This document shows positions 58,507 through 64,000 of a DNA stretch of 64,000 nt, one piece after another; the first letter of the stretch is position 1; each line of letters begins with the position of its first letter. The stretch comes from Halorussus marinus (GTDB taxonomy: Archaea > Halobacteriota > Halobacteria > Halobacteriales > Haladaptataceae). A program made the translations under genes and the position numbers. Under the pieces are notes generated by a model, which was not told the origin of the DNA, did no database searches, and worked only from the letters and a program-made list of their open reading frames with translations. The DNA lies in contig NZ_SBIV01000004.1 of the NCBI RefSeq assembly GCF_004765795.1, positions 186,001-250,000 on the forward strand. The letters are read 5' to 3'.

Positions 58507-59361
58507 TCAGTCGCCGCTGTGTACCGCGGTCTGCATCCCGTCGCTGTTGAACGCGCTCCCGGCCTCGCCGTCGGCGTCGAGAACGATGACGCCCGCCGAC
58601 GCGCCGGTGAGCTCTGCGAACTCCTCGATGGCGCGGTCCGCGGCGCGCTGGGCGCCGAGCCCGGATTCGAGGTGACGGACCGCGCGTCGGGTGAGCGTCG
58701 CCTTCGCGATGTCTTCGCCCGCCCCCGTGGCGCTGGCCGCGCCCGCCGGGGCCGCGAAGAAGCCGCTACCGATCTGGGGGACGTCGCCGACTCGCCCCGC
58801 CAGCGCGAGCCACCGCCCGCCCGTGGAGGTGGCGGCGGCGAACGCCTCGCCGTCGGTGGCGACCGCGCCCACCGTGTCGGCGCCGCCGAACTTCTCGCGG
58901 AGCCACTCGAGGTGCTCGCTCGGGGAGCCCTCGGGCGTGTCGTAGCCCTCCCAGCGCTCGCGGGACGACTCGGTCCACAGGTCGACGCCGGTCTCGACGC
59001 CGAAGTCGGCCGCGAGATCGACCGCGCGGTCGCCCGAGACGAGGACGTGGGGGGTCTCTTCCAGCACGACGCGGGCCGCCGAGACGGCGTGTTCGACGCC
59101 CGGCATCGAGCAGGCCGCGCCCGCCCGGCGGTCGTCGGTCATCACGCCCGCGTCGGTCCGGACTTCGCCGTCGCTCTGGACGGCGCCGCCGACGCCCGCG
59201 TTGAACCGCGGCGACGATTCGAGGACTCGGACCGCGCTTTCGACCGCGTCGACGACCGACGACGCCTCGGCGCCGGTCGCGGCCGCGTCGTTCAGGACCT
59301 GCTGTCTGGGCTCGGGTTCGTCGGGGGTGTCGCCCGCACCGCCGTGTACGATGACCTTCAT
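58507..59361 (-). CDS. Isoaspartyl peptidase / L-asparaginase (Ntn hydrolase)
   Basis: IVHGGAG, FNAG.G, DTVGAVA, TSTGG, GRVGD and SATGAGE motifs. Confidence 0.93.
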   Translation of the reverse strand: MKVIVHGGAGDTPDEPEPRQQVLNDAAATGAEASSVVDAVESAVRVLESSPRFNAGVGGAVQSDGEVRTDAGVMTDDRRAGAACSMPGVEHAVSAARVVLEETPHVLVSGDRAVDLAADFGVETGVDLWTESSRERWEGYDTPEGSPSEHLEWLREKFGGADTVGAVATDGEAFAAATSTGGRWLALAGRVGDVPQIGSGFFAAPAGAASATGAGEDIAKATLTRRAVRHLESGLGAQRAADRAIEEFAELTGASAGVIVLDADGEAGSAFNSDGMQTAVHSGD

Positions 59362-59540
59362 GTCAGGGTGTGGCTCGGGAGACGATTTAAACCAACCGAA
59401 CCGGTGGCGCGGCGGTCCGGCGACCGATCGGGGTCGGCCGCGAGAATCCGACTCGAAAGCCCGCCGAACGCCGACGGCGTGAGGCGACGCGGGCGGACGG
59501 TATCGGTGGACATATGCCGGGGCGCTGACCCACCACCAGT

Positions 59541-60392
59541 ATGGATCGAGCAACGCTCGTCGCGGTCGTCGCCGGCGTTCTCCAGGGGATCTTCGAGTGG
59601 CTCCCCATCTCCAGCGAGGGCAACATCACCGTCTTTCTCACCGCGCTCGGATCGACGCCCGCGGCCGCGGTCCAGTTCTCGCTTTTCCTCCACGCCGGCA
59701 CCGCGATATCGGCGGCCGTCTACTACCGCGACGAACTTCGGAGCGTCCTCGCCGGGCTCTCGTCGTGGCGACCGCGCGAGGCGTTCGCCGACGGACACGC
59801 CACCCTCACGTTCCTCGCGGTCGCGACCCTCGCGTCGGGAGTCGTGGGGATCGCGGCGTACGCCACGCTTGAAACCGCCGTCTCGGCGCTGACCGGCGGG
59901 GCGTTCGTCGCGGTCGTCGGCGTCTTGCTCGTGGCGACTGGCGTCCTCCTCCGCGTGGCCGGCGACGGCGAGCGCGACTCGCGCCGGCCGCCGTCGGACG
60001 GCACCGGGTTCGGCACCCGCGACGACCCCGACCTCCTCGACGCCGTGCTCGTCGGCTCGCTCCAGGGGCTCGCTATTCTCCCGGGCGTCTCGCGGTCGGG
60101 GACGACCACCTCCGCCCTGCTGTTCCGGGGCCACGACGGCCCGTCGTCGTTCCGGCTCTCGTTTCTGCTGTCGATACCGGCGGCGCTCGGCGCGGGCGTG
60201 CTCACGCTCGCCGACGGCGGCGTCCCCGGGGTCGCGCCCGCCGCCGGCGCCGTCGCGCTCGCGACCGCGGCGGTCGTCGGCTACCTCACCATCGACGCGC
60301 TGATGCGGGTGGTCGAACGGGTCCCGTTCTGGGGGATCTGTGTGGGGCTGGGCGCGCTGGCGATGCTCGGGGGCGCGGCGCTGGCGGTCTGA
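59541..60392 (+). CDS. uppP: Undecaprenyl-diphosphate phosphatase (BacA family)
   Basis: LQGIFEWLPISSEG, LHAGT, LPGVSRSGTT and SFLLSIPA motifs. Confidence 0.93.
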   Translation: MDRATLVAVVAGVLQGIFEWLPISSEGNITVFLTALGSTPAAAVQFSLFLHAGTAISAAVYYRDELRSVLAGLSSWRPREAFADGHATLTFLAVATLASGVVGIAAYATLETAVSALTGGAFVAVVGVLLVATGVLLRVAGDGERDSRRPPSDGTGFGTRDDPDLLDAVLVGSLQGLAILPGVSRSGTTTSALLFRGHDGPSSFRLSFLLSIPAALGAGVLTLADGGVPGVAPAAGAVALATAAVVGYLTIDALMRVVERVPFWGICVGLGALAMLGGAALAV

Positions 60393-60505
60393 TCGCGGCG
60401 TCCCAGCCGATACACCCAGATCTCGTCGACTCCGCCCGACACAAAGGTTTTGTCGGCTCGATCCGTCACACCGGACGAGCCGCCCTGATTCGGCTCGGTG
60501 TAACG

Positions 60506-61159
60506 ATGGACATAGATAAATTCAGATCCGAACACGTCCCGACCGACTCCGACGAGACGTTCCAACTCGAAAACAGCTACACCCTCGACGTGGCCGTCGA
60601 CGGCTCCGTGATGGCGAAAGCCGGTTCGATGGTCGCCTACACGGGCGACCTCTCGTTCACCGGCCAAGCCTCGGCCGAGGGCGGCATCAAGGGGTTCCTC
60701 AAGGAGGCCGCCTCCGGCGAGGGCACGCCGGTGATGGCCGTCGAAGGCGAGGGCCACGTCTACCTCGCGGACCACCAGAAGAAAGTGCAGGTGCTCGAAC
60801 TCGGCGCCGACGACGCCATCACTGTCAACGGCGAGGACGTCCTCGCGTTCGAGTCGGGGCTCTCCTACGAGATCGACACCATCGACAGCCTTGCGGGGTC
60901 GTTCGCGGGCGGGCTCACGAACGTCTACCTCCAGGGGCCGGGCCACGTCGCGATCACGACCCACGGCGACCCGCTGGTTCTCGACCCGCCGGTATCGACC
61001 GACCCGAGCGCGACCGTCGCTTGGAGCGGGACCTCGCCCGACGTGGAGATCAACAAGAGCCTCTCCGATATGGTCGGTCAGGAGTCGGGCGAGCGCTTCC
61101 AGTTGAACTTCGACGGGCCGGACGGCTTCGTCGTCGTCCAGCCCTACGAGGAGCTGTAA
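60506..61159 (+). CDS. AIM24-family protein
   Basis: KAGSMVAY.G, GEG.VYLA, VLAFE and GESGE..Q..F.G.GFVVVQP. Confidence 0.88.
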   Translation: MDIDKFRSEHVPTDSDETFQLENSYTLDVAVDGSVMAKAGSMVAYTGDLSFTGQASAEGGIKGFLKEAASGEGTPVMAVEGEGHVYLADHQKKVQVLELGADDAITVNGEDVLAFESGLSYEIDTIDSLAGSFAGGLTNVYLQGPGHVAITTHGDPLVLDPPVSTDPSATVAWSGTSPDVEINKSLSDMVGQESGERFQLNFDGPDGFVVVQPYEEL

Positions 61160-61250
61160 TCGGGTCGCTCCGACCGCGGCTCGGGCCGTCGGCGAACCGT
61201 CGATCCGCGAAAGCCGAACCTTGATACGCCTTCTGCTTGTTGCACTACCT

Positions 61251-62453
61251 ATGACAGTTCGCGCCGCCGTCGTGTTGGCCGCGGGCGAGGGCACCCGACT
61301 CCGGCCTCTCACCCGCAACCGCCCGAAGCCGATGCTCCCGGCCGCAGACCGCCCCATCCTCGAACACGTCTTCGACGCGCTCATCGGGGCCGGGATCGAA
61401 CGCCTCCACGTCGTCGTCGGCTACAAGCGCGACCGCGTCCAGGACTACTTCGGCCCGACCTACCGGAACGTCCCGGTCAACTACGTGGCCCAGAACAAGC
61501 AACTCGGGAGCGGCCACGCCCTCCTCGAGGCTCGCGAGGCCGTCGCGAGCGAGGACGGCTTCCTGGTGGTCAACGGCGATCAGGTGATCGAACAGCGGAT
61601 GGTCGAGGACGTGCTCGACGCCTTCGAGGACGACGACGGGGGCGCGATGCTGGCGGTCACCGAGCAGTCCGACGTCTCTCACTACGGCGCGGTCCGCACC
61701 GAGGGCGACCGCGTGATCGAACTGGTCGAGAAGCCCGAGACCGACGAGTACCGCCTGCTCAACGCCGGCGTCTACGCCTTCGACGCCTCCATCTTCGACG
61801 CCGTCGACGAGACCCCCCGCGTGCGAGGCGAGCTCGCGCTGACCGACACGCTGTCGCGGCTGATCGACGAGGACGTGGCGGTCGGCGGGGTCACCACCGA
61901 GGGGCTCTGGGTCGACGCGACCTACCCGTGGGACCTGCTCGACGTGTCTCGGGAACTCCTCTTGGGGGGTCGGGTGACCGAGCCCGAGCGCGGGGAGGCG
62001 GTCTGGGTCGCCGACACCGCGAACGTCCACGAGGACGCGACCCTTCAGGGGCCGGTCGTCGTCGGGCCCGACTCGGAGGTCCGACCGGGCGCGGTCGTCG
62101 GTCCGTTCGCGGCGGTCGGTCGGAACGCGACCGTCGGCGCGAACGCGGTCGTCTCGCGGTCGGTGCTCGACACCGACACGCGCGTCGGGCCGAACGCCAC
62201 CCTGCTGGACTGCGTGACCGGACAGGCCGTCTCGCTGGGCGCCGGCACGACGGTGCCGGGCGGGCCGGGCGACGTGCGCGTCGAGGACTCCGTCTACGAA
62301 GGCCAGCGCCTCGGCACGCTGGTGGCCGACCGCGTCCGGGCGGCCGGCGACGTGAGCTTCGCGCCCGGCACGCTGGTCGGGCCGAACGCCACCCTCCACA
62401 CCGGCGTCTCGATTTCCGAAAACGTCACGGAGGGCGCGGAGGTGTTCCGGTAG
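61251..62453 (+). CDS. Sugar-1-phosphate nucleotidyltransferase with hexapeptide repeats (GlmU-like)
   Basis: LAAGEGTRLRPLT..RPKPML, VEKP and RGELALTD, with a C-terminal left-handed beta-helix; directly upstream of glmS. Confidence 0.9.
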   Translation: MTVRAAVVLAAGEGTRLRPLTRNRPKPMLPAADRPILEHVFDALIGAGIERLHVVVGYKRDRVQDYFGPTYRNVPVNYVAQNKQLGSGHALLEAREAVASEDGFLVVNGDQVIEQRMVEDVLDAFEDDDGGAMLAVTEQSDVSHYGAVRTEGDRVIELVEKPETDEYRLLNAGVYAFDASIFDAVDETPRVRGELALTDTLSRLIDEDVAVGGVTTEGLWVDATYPWDLLDVSRELLLGGRVTEPERGEAVWVADTANVHEDATLQGPVVVGPDSEVRPGAVVGPFAAVGRNATVGANAVVSRSVLDTDTRVGPNATLLDCVTGQAVSLGAGTTVPGGPGDVRVEDSVYEGQRLGTLVADRVRAAGDVSFAPGTLVGPNATLHTGVSISENVTEGAEVFR

Positions 62454-62454
62454 C

Positions 62455-64000
62455 ATGTGCGGCATCATCGGGTGTACGGGCCGGGAGACCGAGACCCTCG
62501 ACGTCCTCCTCCACGGGCTCGACACCCTCGAGTACCGCGGCTACGACTCGGCGGGCGTCGCGCTCGCCAACGGGACGGTCGAGGTCTGCAAGCGCGAGGG
62601 CGAGATCGACCGCCTCCGGGCGGCGGTCGACCCCGCGATGGACGGCCCGGTCGGTATCGGCCACACGCGGTGGTCGACCCACGGGCCGCCGACCGACGAA
62701 AACGCCCACCCACACACAGACTGCACCGGCGACGTGGCCGTGGTTCACAACGGGATCATCGAGAACTACGACGAGCTCAAGGCCGAGCTGACGGCGGCGG
62801 GCCACGAGCTCGAGAGCGACACCGACACCGAGGTCGTCCCCCACTTCATCGAGGACGCGCTCGCCGACGGGATGAGCCGCGACGAGGCGTTCCGGTCGGC
62901 GGTCGCCCGCATCGAGGGGAGCTACGCGCTCGCGGCCGTGTTCGCCGGCTCCGAGGCGATTTTGGCGACCCGCGAGGGATCGCCGCTGGTGGTCGGAGTC
63001 GGCGACGACGCGGCGTACCTCGCGAGCGACGTCCCCGCCTTCCTCGAGTACACCGACCGCGTGGTGTACCTCGACGACGGCGAGTTCGCGCGGCTCGAAT
63101 CCGGCTCGTGGACCGTGACCGACGCCGAGGGCCGACTGCTCGAGAAGTCGATCTCGCAGGTCGAGTGGGACGCCGAGGAGACCGCAAAGAGCGGCTACGA
63201 CCACTACATGCTCAAGGAGATCCACGAACAGCCCCGGGCGCTCCGGAAGTGTCTGCGGGGCCGGGTCGACGAGCTGACCGGGACGGTCGACGTCGAGGCG
63301 CTCGAGGGGCTGACCGCCGAGTCGGTCCAGTTCGTCGCCTGCGGGACGAGCTACCACGCCGCCCTCTACGGCGCCCAGCGCCTCCAGGCGGCCGGCGTGC
63401 CCGCACAGGCGTTTCTCGCAAGCGAGTACGCGACCGCGCCCGCGCCGGTCACCGAGGGGACGCTCGTGGTCGGCGTGACCCAGAGCGGCGAGACCGCCGA
63501 CACGCTGGCGGCGCTCCGGCGTGCGCAGGCCCGAGGCGTCGAGACGCTCGCGATGACGAACGTCGTCGGCTCGACCGCCGCCCGCGACTGCGACCGGACG
63601 CTGTTGATCCGGGCCGGCCCCGAGATCGGGGTGGCGGCGACCAAGACCTTCTCCTCGCAGGTGGTCGCGTGCAACCTGCTGTCGGCGACGCTTGCCGACC
63701 GCGGCGACTCCCGAGAGATCGTACAGGCGCTCCGGGACCTGCCCGGACAGATCCAGGAGGTGCTCGACGCCTCGCGCGCGGAGGCGGTCGCCGAGCGGTT
63801 CGTCGACAGCGACGGCTACTTCTTCATCGGACGGGGCCACCAGCACCCCGTCGCGCTCGAGGGCGCGCTCAAGATGAAAGAGATCACCTACAAACACGCC
63901 GAGGGGTTCCCGGCGGGCGAGCTGAAACACGGGCCGCTCGCGCTCGTGACCGGCCGGACGCCCGTGTTCGCGATCGTCACCGGCACCGACGAGGAGGCGA
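62455..64000 (+). CDS. glmS: Glutamine--fructose-6-phosphate transaminase (3'-truncated by the window end; not in the ORF track)
   Basis: Manual translation: MCGIIG...LEYRGYDSAG...GIGHTRWSTHG...NAHPH...HNGIIEN...QSGETADT...GPEIGVAATK...ELKHGPLAL. Confidence 0.96.
   Translation, partial: MCGIIGCTGRETETLDVLLHGLDTLEYRGYDSAGVALANGTVEVCKREGEIDRLRAAVDPAMDGPVGIGHTRWSTHGPPTDENAHPHTDCTGDVAVVHNGIIENYDELKAELTAAGHELESDTDTEVVPHFIEDALADGMSRDEAFRSAVARIEGSYALAAVFAGSEAILATREGSPLVVGVGDDAAYLASDVPAFLEYTDRVVYLDDGEFARLESGSWTVTDAEGRLLEKSISQVEWDAEETAKSGYDHYMLKEIHEQPRALRKCLRGRVDELTGTVDVEALEGLTAESVQFVACGTSYHAALYGAQRLQAAGVPAQAFLASEYATAPAPVTEGTLVVGVTQSGETADTLAALRRAQARGVETLAMTNVVGSTAARDCDRTLLIRAGPEIGVAATKTFSSQVVACNLLSATLADRGDSREIVQALRDLPGQIQEVLDASRAEAVAERFVDSDGYFFIGRGHQHPVALEGALKMKEITYKHAEGFPAGELKHGPLALVTGRTPVFAIVTGTDEEA

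Overview
High-GC DNA encoding very acidic proteins, consistent with a haloarchaeal (Halobacteria) chromosome. It is mostly core housekeeping genes: carB, idi, gatD, hmgA, icd, pus10, rnhB, secDF, pgi, nob1, infB, trkH, map, uppP, a GlmU-like gene, glmS, SAMP1 and a JAMM desampylase. Four accessory features stand out. (1) A tightly coupled operon of about 12 kb (25287-37381) between pus10 and rnhB encodes four secreted or surface proteins that look like a cellulosome-style hierarchical scaffold. Its parts are a membrane-anchored cohesin, an adaptor with a canonical dockerin, a cohesin and two 'X' modules, a PKD-rich protein with an X module and an atypical Trp-rich dockerin-like module, and a giant protein of about 2390 aa with three malectin domains, a beta-propeller and the same atypical module. 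This suggests two orthogonal docking pairs and is the best candidate for an undescribed system. (2) A lower-GC island of about 3.5 kb carries a soluble Cys-rich PAS chemoreceptor, a rhodanese and a V4R/H-NOX-like protein. (3) An IS6-family element has an 8-bp target duplication. (4) A secreted, hyper-acidic repeat protein has beta-solenoid-like segments. No rRNA, tRNA or CRISPR array was recognised. All family assignments come from motif recognition by eye; no database searches were run.
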